From Candidatus Moraniibacteriota bacterium (lineage in GTDB: Bacteria > Patescibacteriota > Minisyncoccia > Moranbacterales > GCA-2747515), in contig CP065011.1 of assembly GCA_016699795.1 (NCBI GenBank), positions 687,318-751,317 of the forward strand: DNA of 64,000 bases, in the 5' to 3' direction. Below are positions 1-9,853 of this stretch, in pieces. Within the stretch, counting starts at the first letter, position 1, and the number at the start of each line of letters is the position of its first letter. The notes beneath the pieces are model-generated. The model was not told the DNA's origin, did not search any database, and worked only from the letters and a program-made list of their open reading frames with translations. The position numbers were made by a program, and so were the translations under genes.

Positions 1-692
1 CTCCCCGAGAAGAAATAGAAAAGGCGGTAGAAAGAAGTATTCGATGGGCACTTCGATGTAAAGAAGAGTATGAAAAACAATGTCGACTTCGAGCATTGGA
101 AAATGACAAAATACCTCTTTTGTTCGGAGTAATTCAAGGAGGACCTTATCGAGATTTGAGAAAAAAAAATGTGGAGGGAATACAAGAATTTGATTTTGAT
201 GGTTATGGATTTGGAGCGAGGCATATTGATGAACAAGGAAATTTTTTGAGTGATATTATTTCCTATACAGCTTCTATTTTACCTCAAGATAAACTTCGAT
301 TTGCATTAGGAGTGGGGACTCCTCTTGATATAATCCGATGTTTTTTGGCCGGTTGGGATATGTTTGATTGTGTTATTCCAACAAGAGAGGGAAGGCACGG
401 AAGAATTTTCTTTTTTAAAAAAGAAGAAATAAATTTGAATGAACCTACGAAAATAGATTCCTCTTGGTATGATACATTTTCCGTAATGAATAAAAAATAT
501 CAAGATGATACTCAGCCACTAGAAGAGGGTTGTGATTGTCATACATGTTTATCTCGATATTCTCGAGGATATATTCAACATCTCTTTCGTGCTCAAGAAA
601 TGCTTGGTCCGAAATTGGCCACTATTCATAATTTACGTTTCTTTTCTCGACTTATGGAAAAACTTCGAAAAAAGAAAACGGAGAAAGATTGA
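1..692 (+). CDS. tgt: queuine tRNA-ribosyltransferase, 5'-partial (frame open from window start, in frame with listed ORF 96..692)
   Basis: LFGVIQGG motif and CDCHTC zinc-binding motif typical of Tgt; reading frame is open from position 3 upstream of the TTG listed as start, so the gene begins before the window. Confidence 0.85.
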   Translation, partial: PREEIEKAVERSIRWALRCKEEYEKQCRLRALENDKIPLLFGVIQGGPYRDLRKKNVEGIQEFDFDGYGFGARHIDEQGNFLSDIISYTASILPQDKLRFALGVGTPLDIIRCFLAGWDMFDCVIPTREGRHGRIFFFKKEEINLNEPTKIDSSWYDTFSVMNKKYQDDTQPLEEGCDCHTCLSRYSRGYIQHLFRAQEMLGPKLATIHNLRFFSRLMEKLRKKKTEKD

Positions 693-806
693 TTTTTTGT
701 CGTTTTTTATTTTTAGGTGTATACTAAAAATAATATATATTTTGTAATTAAAGGTGGATAATTTTTAGTATAAAAAATCCACGATGAAATCAAAAAAAGA
801 AAAAGT

Positions 807-2741
807 ATGAGTGGATTGAAGAACTCCCTTTTCCCGGTTCTCGGGGTATTTTTTTCCAAAGGAATAACGTATCTTTTTGTTCGACAGAAAGAATCAAAAA
901 CAAAATTTCTTTTGAAAGGCGAATTGAATAAAGGAGATGGATTTTCTCTTTTGGAAAAAGATCTTGTAATTATTGATTTGGAAGAAAAAGAAGAAGATAT
1001 ATCTTTGTGTCGTGATTTTCGTTGTTTTAATGTTTCAGGAAGAACGCTTCGATTTGCTCTTACTTATATAAGTCTTGCTTCAGGGAGGGCAGAGCTTCGG
1101 ATTGCCCACTCCATGGATATGATACATTGGAAGACGGTATCTATACTTCCTTATATTCATTCCCCGGGAGCTCTTATTTATATAAAAGAATCAAATCAAT
1201 ACATTCTCTATCATGGGAAAAATTCTCTTTCTTCTTCCTTTTCTTTTGATTTACGAACATTTGAAACTAAAGGAGTCGCCTCTTCACTTCCCCCTATGAG
1301 CACGAAGAACACTCTTCGCGTTGCTGATGTGAAACGTGTCCCGGAAGGTTTATTAGTTCTTTATTTTGCATATAGTGAAACGGAGCTATTTCAAGCAAAA
1401 AATTGTGCTATTTATGGAGTACTTTTCGATAGAAAATTACCAGAAAAAATTCTTTGGCAAAGTGAAGAACCTCTTTGGGTTGTTTCTGATCGACATGCTG
1501 AACTTCGAGATCCGATATCTTTGGTGTTTCTTGATGATGAACATATTATTTCCTATTGGAGGGGAATGGATAATAAGTTGTACGCGTTTCAACATTGGAT
1601 AGGTGCTAAACAAAAAAAATCTCTCAAAAGAAAAGAGCTCAAAGAAACTGTTCATAAAGAAATTTCTTTGCCTTTAGAAAACCCACAGCCTTTGATTCAA
1701 CGACATATTGAAAATCCTATACTTTTACCAAAGAACGAAAATGAGTGGGAAACAAAGGCGGCTTTTAATCCCACAGCACTCTGTGATGACGAAGGTCGTG
1801 TACATATTGTTTATCGAGCTATTGGAGAAGGAGATGTTTCTGTTTTGGGATATGCCTTGAGTTATGACGGCGTTACTATTTTTGAACGGGAAGAAAAACC
1901 AATGTATGTGCCAAGAACGGTACATGAAGGCCTCTGCGAAAATGTTTTAAAAATGAGTGATTCTCTTTTTTCTCCTTATTCTTCTGGAGGAGGTGCTTGG
2001 GGAGGGTGTGAAGATCCTAAACTTACCAGAATAGAGGATACTGTCTATATGACATATGTAGCCTATAATGGTTGGGGACCTCCTCGTATAGCGTTAACTT
2101 CAATTCCTATGGAGGACTTTTTGAATCGAAATTGGGAAAATTGGAAGTACCCTATTCTTATCTCTCCTCCTGGAAAAGTTGCAAAAAGCGCGGCGATTTT
2201 GCCGGAAAAAATCAATGGTAAGTATGTTGTTTTTTATAGAATATTTCCCGATGTATTGGTGGATTTTGTTGATTCCCTTGATGATTTTGATGGAGAAAAT
2301 ACTTTCTTACAAAATATTCACCAAATAAGTCCAAGAGAGGGATTTTGGGATGCGGGAAAGTTTTCTTTTGGAGCTGCTCCTATTCGAACAAGTGAGGGTT
2401 GGTTGGTTATATACCATGCAGTAACAGGACGCCAAGAGTGGCCAGGAAGTGATCTTCGCTACAAAATAGGGGCCATGCTTTTGGACTTAGAGCATCCTGA
2501 GCGTGTTATCTGTCGAAGTTCTCGCCCTATATTAGAGCCAGATCTTGATTATGAAAATGGAGGTTGGAAAGCGGGTGTAATTTATCCATGCGGAGCTATA
2601 GTGCGAGAAGATATTTTGTATGTATATTATGGAGGTGCTGATACCGTGACGTGCGTTGCATCTGCTCCACTTCAGGAATTTTTGAAAATACTTTTGCAGT
2701 ATGGAGATCCTGAACTTACTCTTATAGAGGAAACATTTTGA
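807..2741 (+). CDS. GH130-like (DUF377, beta-mannoside phosphorylase family) protein with two tandem beta-propeller-type domains
   Basis: Second half has NPILLP..WE..AFNP..RVHIVYRAIG and C-terminal LYVYYGGADT signatures of GH130; N-terminal half is a more divergent copy; 644 aa is about twice a single GH130 domain. Confidence 0.6.
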   Translation: MSGLKNSLFPVLGVFFSKGITYLFVRQKESKTKFLLKGELNKGDGFSLLEKDLVIIDLEEKEEDISLCRDFRCFNVSGRTLRFALTYISLASGRAELRIAHSMDMIHWKTVSILPYIHSPGALIYIKESNQYILYHGKNSLSSSFSFDLRTFETKGVASSLPPMSTKNTLRVADVKRVPEGLLVLYFAYSETELFQAKNCAIYGVLFDRKLPEKILWQSEEPLWVVSDRHAELRDPISLVFLDDEHIISYWRGMDNKLYAFQHWIGAKQKKSLKRKELKETVHKEISLPLENPQPLIQRHIENPILLPKNENEWETKAAFNPTALCDDEGRVHIVYRAIGEGDVSVLGYALSYDGVTIFEREEKPMYVPRTVHEGLCENVLKMSDSLFSPYSSGGGAWGGCEDPKLTRIEDTVYMTYVAYNGWGPPRIALTSIPMEDFLNRNWENWKYPILISPPGKVAKSAAILPEKINGKYVVFYRIFPDVLVDFVDSLDDFDGENTFLQNIHQISPREGFWDAGKFSFGAAPIRTSEGWLVIYHAVTGRQEWPGSDLRYKIGAMLLDLEHPERVICRSSRPILEPDLDYENGGWKAGVIYPCGAIVREDILYVYYGGADTVTCVASAPLQEFLKILLQYGDPELTLIEETF

Positions 2742-2780
2742 AAAAATTAATGAGGCCTATTATTTATTTTTCTATAGCAT

Positions 2781-4703
2781 ATGAGAATTAAACGTCATCC
2801 CAATAATCCTCTCCTCGGACCCGACATTGATCACGAATGGGAATCTGAAGCGGTATTCAATCCTTGTGTCGTAGAAAGAAATGGGGAAAAACATTTTTTT
2901 TATCGAGCATTATCCGTTTTGAAACCGCACAATGGAGTGGAAATGAAAGTTTCTACTATTGGATATGTAAAGGGTGATGGAGATTGTTTGTCAGAAAGAA
3001 GTCTTCTTATTGAACCTCAAGAAGTTTGGGATTCTTTTGGTTGTGAAGATCCTCGAGTTACTTATATAGATGGTAAATATTATATTTTTTATACAGCACT
3101 TTCAAATTTCCCCCATACTCCAGAAGGAATAAAAATAGGAGTGGCAATATCGAAAGATCTTAAAACTTTTGAAAGACATTTAGTAACACCTTTTAATGCG
3201 AAGGCAATGGCGTTATTTCCAGAAAAAATAGGAGGAAAATTTGTTGCTGTTTTGAGTGTTGATACGGATCGATTGCCCGCTAAAATTGCCATAGCTGAAT
3301 TTGAAAAAGAAGAGGATATGTGGTCGAATGAATATTGGAAGGAATGGTATGAACATATCGATGAACATCTTTTGGATTTACAAAGAAAATTTCGAGACCA
3401 TATTGAAGTGGGCGCTGCCCCAGTAAAAACTGATGCTGGTTGGGTTTTCGTACATTCTTATATCTATGATTACAAAACAAACAAACCAAATTTTACGGTA
3501 GAAGTAGCTTTATTGGATCGGGAAAATCCTCGAAAAATTTTGGGACGAACACCTTCCCCAATACTATACCCAGAAAAAATGTACGAGCTAAATGGACAAG
3601 TTCCTCAAATCGTTTTTCCTTCTGGAGCACTTATTCAGGATGATATTCTTCATATTTATTACGGAGCAGCAGATACCCGCTGTTGTGAAGCTTCAGTTCA
3701 TTTAGCAGATCTTTTGGAGCAATTACAACAACATCCACCACGGATTAAATGTAAGCGTTTTGAACAAAATCCTATTATTTCTCCTCTCAAAGATCATTCA
3801 TGGGAAACAAAATATACTTTGAATCCAGGGGCTATTCGCTTGGAGGGATCAACACATATATTGTATAGAGCGATGGGTGAGGAAGATACTTCGGTATTGG
3901 GTTATGCGAGATCATCGGACAATGTACATATCGAAGAGCGTTTGAGTGATCCTATTTATGTACCAAGGAAAAATTTTGAAATTAAAAAAAAGGAAGGTTT
4001 TTCTGGTTGTGAAGATCCACGACTTACTTTGATAGATGATCGTATTTATATGTGCTATACAGCTTTTAATGGACAAGATACTGCGGGCGTTGGATTTACC
4101 TCTATTGCAAAAGATGATTTTCTTTCACGAAAATGGTTTTGGGAAGAACCTAAACTTATTTCTCCCGCAGGAAGATTTGATAAGAATGCATCTCTTTTAT
4201 CCAAAAAAGTTTATGGAAAATATATTTTTCTTCATAGGCTTGATGATTGTATTTGGGGAGATTATAGAGATAGCCTTGACATTTCTCAAGAGATAAATCC
4301 TTTGGGAGGAGAGATTCTTATGGATGTTCGCCCTGAATCTTGGGATAGTTTGAAAATTGGTATTGCTGGACCACTACTTCCTCTTAACGAAGAAGGAACC
4401 CAATGGTTACTCCTTTATCACGGAGTATCTAAATATGATAGTCAATACCGTATCGGAGCTGCTATTATAGAAGTTCTTCCTGGAGATGCGAATATAACGC
4501 ATCGATTGCCTTATCCTATCCTTGAGCCAGAAGAGGAATATGAACATCAAGGATATCGACCTGGAACAGTTTTTGCTTGTGGTTCAGTGGAATCTGAAGA
4601 AAAAATTTATATTTATTATGGAGCAGCTGATCAATATTGTGCAGGAGCTTTTGTTTCAAAGAAAAAACTTGTAGAAGAAGTTATGAAATTTTCAGTGAAA
4701 TAA
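2781..4703 (+). CDS. GH130-like protein, two tandem GH130 domains (paralogue of upstream gene)
   Basis: HPNNPLLGP..WESEAVFNP..FFYRA at N-terminus and NPIISP..WETKYTLNP..ILYRAMG in second half; both halves end with IYYGAAD-type motif. Confidence 0.65.
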   Translation: MRIKRHPNNPLLGPDIDHEWESEAVFNPCVVERNGEKHFFYRALSVLKPHNGVEMKVSTIGYVKGDGDCLSERSLLIEPQEVWDSFGCEDPRVTYIDGKYYIFYTALSNFPHTPEGIKIGVAISKDLKTFERHLVTPFNAKAMALFPEKIGGKFVAVLSVDTDRLPAKIAIAEFEKEEDMWSNEYWKEWYEHIDEHLLDLQRKFRDHIEVGAAPVKTDAGWVFVHSYIYDYKTNKPNFTVEVALLDRENPRKILGRTPSPILYPEKMYELNGQVPQIVFPSGALIQDDILHIYYGAADTRCCEASVHLADLLEQLQQHPPRIKCKRFEQNPIISPLKDHSWETKYTLNPGAIRLEGSTHILYRAMGEEDTSVLGYARSSDNVHIEERLSDPIYVPRKNFEIKKKEGFSGCEDPRLTLIDDRIYMCYTAFNGQDTAGVGFTSIAKDDFLSRKWFWEEPKLISPAGRFDKNASLLSKKVYGKYIFLHRLDDCIWGDYRDSLDISQEINPLGGEILMDVRPESWDSLKIGIAGPLLPLNEEGTQWLLLYHGVSKYDSQYRIGAAIIEVLPGDANITHRLPYPILEPEEEYEHQGYRPGTVFACGSVESEEKIYIYYGAADQYCAGAFVSKKKLVEEVMKFSVK

Positions 4704-4787
4704 AATTTTTGCAAAAAAGTATAATGCGAAATATATTCTTTTAGAAAGAAAAAATTGAATACACAGATTATATATAATAGGTTTTCT

Positions 4788-5231
4788 ATGAGAAAAAAAA
4801 TATTAAAAAAAATGCTACTCGTTTTTATTTTTGGTTTGATTTTTAGCATCCCTGTGATTTCAAAGGCCGCTCCGACAGGGGAGGGTGAGGGATTAGTTCC
4901 TTGTGGAGCTACTTCAAAACATTCAGATATGTGCAATTTATGCCATCTCGTCGTGGGAGTTGATAATATCGTTGATTATGTTTTGATGGTATTCGCAATT
5001 ATTGGCTTTCTTATGCTTGTTGTTGGAGGTATTACCTATATTGTTTCGGGAGGGAATCAATCAATAATAGGAGCTGCAAAAAAAACTATCTGGAGTGCTC
5101 TTGTAGGCTTTGCGATTGTTCTTTTGGCTTGGGTTATTATAAATACTGTTCTTCTTTATTTACTACCTCTCTCGGGTAATACGATTGGAGAAAAACTAAA
5201 AGCATGGTCTGAATTTAGTTGTGAGACTTAG
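4788..5231 (+). CDS. small secreted/membrane protein, signal peptide plus Cys-rich segment plus two C-terminal TM helices (VirB2/TrbC-pilin-like topology)
   Basis: MRKKILKK..signal peptide, CGA..CNLCH cysteine cluster, two hydrophobic helices; start chosen at internal Met 4788 rather than ORF start 4755. Confidence 0.4.
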   Translation: MRKKILKKMLLVFIFGLIFSIPVISKAAPTGEGEGLVPCGATSKHSDMCNLCHLVVGVDNIVDYVLMVFAIIGFLMLVVGGITYIVSGGNQSIIGAAKKTIWSALVGFAIVLLAWVIINTVLLYLLPLSGNTIGEKLKAWSEFSCET

Positions 5232-5457
5232 GATCTTTTTTAGACATTCAAAAAAATACAAATGTGTTTTTAGTAAGGATTATAAAATTTCGTTCGTAAA
5301 TTTTTAAAATCTTTCTGTCTTTTTGAAAATTTTTAAAGAGAATAAAAATAATAGAGAAAGTGGTGACTTTCTTTAGATAAATTTTGTTTCGAAGTCTTTT
5401 ATTTTACTTAAAAAGATACTTATTTTTTGAGAGTACTTTTCGATTTTACAGAAATCT

Positions 5458-6306
5458 TTATTTTGCTTTTTCTGGAGGAATGTCAGTTGGAGAGATAGAA
5501 GCTATAATATCATCATATCCACCATCAAGTGTATAAACTTGAAAAAATCCCATATCAAAAAGACGAACACCTGCCTGAAAACTTTCTAAAGCATTGGATC
5601 CAAAAACAACAATAGTTTGTCCTCGAGAAAGAGAATCTTTTTCAATTTCAAGTTTTTGAAGAGGGATATTTTTGGTGATATCAAGATGATCTTTTGTATA
5701 ATCAGAGGGATTACGCACATCGATAGTGAGAATATTTGTTTTCGAAGTAATAAAGGTAAGTATTTCTGAAGATTTTATATATTCAACTTTCGTTTGATCT
5801 ATAGGATTTGTAGGGTCACCTGCGCGAAGAGTAGGGTAGGAGGCATTTTTCCAAGCTTCAAAACCGCCAGAGAGTGAAAAAACTTTTATACCTGGTAGTG
5901 CTGTTGTGAAATATTTAGTAATAACGGAGAGGCTTTCTGATTTCTCAGCATAAGTTACTAAAAGAATAACTTTTTTTGTTTCATTTTTGGAGCGAAGTGT
6001 TTCTATGTATTTCGTAATTTCATTTTGAGTGAGATTGATTGAATTAATAAGATGTTCTCTATAAAAATCAGATTCTGAACGGAGATCAAGAGCTTCTAGA
6101 TTTCCAGATCCTAAGAGCATATTAGCTTCTTTAAGGGATATAAATTCAATATCTTTAAGAGAATAAACAGGTTCTTCTCCTTTTGGATCAGTAATCTTTT
6201 CTTGAGAGAAGCGAGGAATACCAAAAGAAAAAATGAGTGTTATTGCAATAAGGATAACTCCCACAAGAAGAACATAAGCTTCATTATTTTTTTGAGGGGC
6301 GGACAT
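5458..6306 (-). CDS. membrane-anchored tandem rhodanese-like domain protein (no catalytic Cys evident)
   Basis: N-terminal TM helix; two rhodanese-like repeats (LDLRSESDFYREHL.. and IDVRNPSDYTKDHL..) but positions of the active-site Cys loop lack cysteine. Confidence 0.6.
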   Translation of the reverse strand: MSAPQKNNEAYVLLVGVILIAITLIFSFGIPRFSQEKITDPKGEEPVYSLKDIEFISLKEANMLLGSGNLEALDLRSESDFYREHLINSINLTQNEITKYIETLRSKNETKKVILLVTYAEKSESLSVITKYFTTALPGIKVFSLSGGFEAWKNASYPTLRAGDPTNPIDQTKVEYIKSSEILTFITSKTNILTIDVRNPSDYTKDHLDITKNIPLQKLEIEKDSLSRGQTIVVFGSNALESFQAGVRLFDMGFFQVYTLDGGYDDIIASISPTDIPPEKAK

Positions 6307-6330
6307 ATTTTAATTTTTTAGAATTATTTT

Positions 6331-7302
6331 TTAAAAAAGAAGAGTATTTAGTGTATTCCTATAGCCAGAAAGAAATAAATCTGAGGAAATAGGGTTTTTC
6401 CCTTCAACTTGAATTTTTTTTATGATAATACTTTTTCTATCCCCGGTAACAACGAAAAGTTTTTTTTCGAACTGTTGTATTGTTCCAGGAGGATTGGAAT
6501 GAATAGTTATACTATCGGTAGTAATGTCAAGAAATTTTATACGTAAAGATTTATCTTTTATTTTTAGGAAAGCATGAATTCCCGGCCAAGGAGTGAATGC
6601 TCTAAAGGTATTATACACGGAATCTGCCGTTTGATTCCAGTTAATATGGCCGTCTTCTTTGTGTATTATTTTGCAGTAGGTAGCTAATTTATCATCTTGC
6701 TTCTTTGGCTCAATACAGTTTTTTATCCAATCGGGCAATATCTCTAAGACGAGCTCCGATCCTAAATAAGCAAGTTTTGGGGTAAGTGTTTCGGTTGTAT
6801 CATTTTTCTCAATAAGAATACTTTTACTTTTAAGTATGGGTCCTGTATCGAGACCTGGCTCCATAATCATGAGAGTTATGCCTGTTTCTGTTTTTCCATC
6901 TAAAATTGCATTTTGAATAGGAGAAGCGCCTCTATAGAAAGGAAGAAGGGATGCATGTATATTGAGACATCCTTTTTTGGGAAGAGAAAGAAGTTCTTTG
7001 GGAAATATTTTTCCGTAGGCACAAACAATGGCTATATCTGTTTGAAAGGAAGAATAGAGGGAAAAAAAATCAGCATCTAATTTTTTTGGAGTAAGTGTGG
7101 GTATGTTTAAGGATTGAGCATTTTGCTTAACAATACTTGAAGTAAGTATTTTTTTTCTTCCAACAAGTGCATCTGGTTTAGTAACGATGACAACAGGAAG
7201 ATGACCAGCTTTAACAAGGGCTTTGAGAAGTATGTTTGAAAATTCTGGAGTGCCAAAAAAACCTATTCGCAAAGATAATTTATCGTTTTTTATTTTGTTC
7301 AT
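6331..7302 (-). CDS. fmt: methionyl-tRNA formyltransferase
   Basis: RIGFFGTPEFS, HASLLPFYRGASPIQ, C-terminal Fmt domain; start placed at Met giving MNKIKNDKLSLRIGFFG (7302), which overlaps def stop as in def-fmt operons. Confidence 0.85.
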   Translation of the reverse strand: MNKIKNDKLSLRIGFFGTPEFSNILLKALVKAGHLPVVIVTKPDALVGRKKILTSSIVKQNAQSLNIPTLTPKKLDADFFSLYSSFQTDIAIVCAYGKIFPKELLSLPKKGCLNIHASLLPFYRGASPIQNAILDGKTETGITLMIMEPGLDTGPILKSKSILIEKNDTTETLTPKLAYLGSELVLEILPDWIKNCIEPKKQDDKLATYCKIIHKEDGHINWNQTADSVYNTFRAFTPWPGIHAFLKIKDKSLRIKFLDITTDSITIHSNPPGTIQQFEKKLFVVTGDRKSIIIKKIQVEGKNPISSDLFLSGYRNTLNTLLF

Positions 7303-7753
7303 GATAGCGGTCAAGAATAATAATTCCATTAAGATGATCAAGTTCGTGTTGGACGGCTCGGGCCAAGAGTCCAGATGCTCGCATTTTTCGTTCAACACCT
7401 TCTTCATCGGTATAGCGAACCGTTACTTTCCAATGACGTTCGATGGGAAAAAATTTTCGAGGAATACTCAGACACCCTTCATCATCGGTGTGCATATTTC
7501 GGGAGAAAGATGTGATTTTTGGATTAATGAGTGTATGGAGGTTTCCATCAACGTCAATGACGCATATTTGTAAAGCTTTTCCTATTTGTTGGGCCGCAAG
7601 ACCCACACCCTTAGATTCGTACATAGTTTTCGTCATTTCTTTTGCAAGCTGACGCATACTTTCCAGATCTGAAGTGGATATTTTGGTTCCCGTCGTTTCG
7701 AGTACGGGATGAGGATAGAATGTGAGGGGAAGAGTAGTATTTTTCATACGCAT
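7280..7753 (-). CDS. def: peptide deformylase
   Basis: GVGLAAQQIG, EGCLSIP and HELDHLNG metal-binding motifs. Confidence 0.9.
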   Translation of the reverse strand: MRMKNTTLPLTFYPHPVLETTGTKISTSDLESMRQLAKEMTKTMYESKGVGLAAQQIGKALQICVIDVDGNLHTLINPKITSFSRNMHTDDEGCLSIPRKFFPIERHWKVTVRYTDEEGVERKMRASGLLARAVQHELDHLNGIIILDRYHEQNKKR

Positions 7754-7839
7754 AAAAGGGATAGTATTATTGAAGAAAAAATAAAATAAACTTGTGTAAG
7801 GAAATTATTTTATAAAAACCTTAGTATAAGGGGATTATC

Positions 7840-9807
7840 TCATACAATTCCTTCAGAATCAATATCTGAGACCCAATTGATAGGAAGTGATTGAAGATCT
7901 TTTATGATTTCCTTTTCAAGAGGATTTGTCCAAATAGTAAAAATTTTTAGAACAAGAGCAAGGTGCTGAAAATGGAGATCTTTTTTTTGAATAGGAATAA
8001 AAGATTCTCCAAGATTTAGAATATCTGATGAATATTTTGAAAAAATTTTTCGAATAAAATCAGATTGTTTAAGGAGAAGCGTAGTATCATTATGTTTGCC
8101 TAAGAGTGTTATTCTTTTTGCAAAGGGAGGGTATTGTAAAACACGACGTTCTTCGAGAAGTTCTGTTTCGAAAGAATCTTTTCCTTCTTGAGAAAGGAGC
8201 GCTTTAATGACTCGGTGATGAGGTTGGTATGTTTGAAGTGTGAATGTGAGTGATTTTTCGGCCAGGTGAGAAAAAAGGTGGAAAGCATTTTCTTCCGCAA
8301 GATAATCAGGCCATTTCCAGAAAGAATCTGTATCAATAACGCCGGATCCTCCTATTCTTTTTCCAAAATATCGATAGATGGCTGTGGGTGTTCCTATAAT
8401 AATGTCATTTTTTGAGAAAAAATCATCCGTTCTTTCTAAATTCTTTATATCTGAATCAATTCGCATGATTGAAGCGTGAGGAAACTGTTGTTTTATGAGC
8501 TTTTCTACTGTTTGAGTTCCTTCGATTTTTCGAGTAAATTCCATTTCATGACAGGAAGGACAATGAGCAAATATATCTAAAGTGTAGGAACAATGACCGC
8601 AATAATAAGTTCCATTAGAACGTGCTATAAGAGCATGATCGCACTTTGGACAAGAGAGTATGTTCTTACATTGATTACAAACATTAAGAGCTCCCATTCC
8701 TCGTCGAGAAACAAGGAGGAAGAAATTACGTTTTTTTTCAAGAGTTCTTTGAATAGTATTTTTAAGGTCATTGGAAATATGAACTGATCCAAAAGGAATC
8801 TTTTTATTTTTTGTATAATATTTCTTTTGAAGAATTTTTCTTGGGTACGTGACGTGAAGAGATGGTATAAATCTCGTTTGAATTTTTTGGATGAGCCATT
8901 TTTCTTTTTTTGCAAGGAAAAGGGAAGAGATGCTTATAGTAGTGCTTGTAAAAAGAAGTTGAGCAGAATAGATATCGGCAAGTTTTCGAACAACTCTTTT
9001 TGTGTCATAACGAGGTGTTATTTCTCTTTGTTTATGAGAAGATCTTTGTTCTTCTTCCAAGATAATAAAACCGAGATTTCTAAAAGGACAGAAAAGAGCG
9101 CTTTTGGTTCCAAGTATGAATCGAATTTCTTTTTTTTCTTTTATTGAAGTAAGGGCGAAAAATTTCTTTCTTGGAGTGAGAGATCCATGAAAAATCACGA
9201 ATGTTTTTGGATCCAAAAATTTTTTTATGAAAGATTCGGCAAAAAAAAGAGATGCTTTATCTGGAAAAAGTATAAGATGTTGTTTTTCAGGTTTTGTTTT
9301 TTCTCGTAATGCGAAGAAAATAGCTTGTAATCTTTCTTCACTAGGAGGACTTATAAGGAGTGAATGCCTTTTCTTTTGAAAAAGATCAAGGAAGGAAGTT
9401 TCAACCTCGAGATAATTTTTTGGAAGATAAAGCTGTCTGAGAGGAAGATGAGAAAGAGATTCTTTTTCAGGTTTTTTTGGTTTTTTGGGAAGAAGAAAAG
9501 ATCGGAAGATTTTTTCAGGAGGGGTGAGATATTCTTCTGAAAAGAAACGTGCAAGCTGAATTTGCTTTTTTGTAAGCATATTTTTTTGAAGAACTTTTCT
9601 AATGGCTCGGTACTTTCTTTCTTCTGGCTGTTTTTTGTGAAGAGAAACAACAATTCCGGAAAGAATTCTTCGACTAAAAGGAATTTGCACATAATCCCCA
9701 CACTGAATATTTTTGTCGCAAGTATAGGTAAAGAAAATATATTTTTGTATACCAAAAATTTTAGCAAAAACAGCCACATCAGCAAAATATTGTAATTCAG
9801 ATTTCAT
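7840..9807 (-). CDS. priA: primosomal protein N' (PriA)-like, zinc-finger retained, Walker A degenerate
   Basis: CPKCDHALIARSNGTYYCGHCSY..CPSCH Cys4 zinc-binding region and overall PriA architecture; expected GxTGSGKT is replaced by SPPSEERL, DEEH by LEEEQ. Confidence 0.6.
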   Translation of the reverse strand: MKSELQYFADVAVFAKIFGIQKYIFFTYTCDKNIQCGDYVQIPFSRRILSGIVVSLHKKQPEERKYRAIRKVLQKNMLTKKQIQLARFFSEEYLTPPEKIFRSFLLPKKPKKPEKESLSHLPLRQLYLPKNYLEVETSFLDLFQKKRHSLLISPPSEERLQAIFFALREKTKPEKQHLILFPDKASLFFAESFIKKFLDPKTFVIFHGSLTPRKKFFALTSIKEKKEIRFILGTKSALFCPFRNLGFIILEEEQRSSHKQREITPRYDTKRVVRKLADIYSAQLLFTSTTISISSLFLAKKEKWLIQKIQTRFIPSLHVTYPRKILQKKYYTKNKKIPFGSVHISNDLKNTIQRTLEKKRNFFLLVSRRGMGALNVCNQCKNILSCPKCDHALIARSNGTYYCGHCSYTLDIFAHCPSCHEMEFTRKIEGTQTVEKLIKQQFPHASIMRIDSDIKNLERTDDFFSKNDIIIGTPTAIYRYFGKRIGGSGVIDTDSFWKWPDYLAEENAFHLFSHLAEKSLTFTLQTYQPHHRVIKALLSQEGKDSFETELLEERRVLQYPPFAKRITLLGKHNDTTLLLKQSDFIRKIFSKYSSDILNLGESFIPIQKKDLHFQHLALVLKIFTIWTNPLEKEIIKDLQSLPINWVSDIDSEGIV

Positions 9808-9853
9808 AAAATCATTGTGAATGGCTTTTTTGTGTTTGACAAGATAAAATTAT

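Noticed and set aside
306-503. Many short ORF-track entries lying antisense or out of frame inside well-supported genes (e.g. 306..503, 1366..1655, 3089..3489, 8109..9147, 33232..34623, 35141..36240, 38378..39387, 58097..59966)
   Set aside because: They are fully nested within longer ORFs that have clear homology motifs. They are low-complexity, Lys/Phe/Ile-rich as expected for AT-rich antisense frames, with no motifs.
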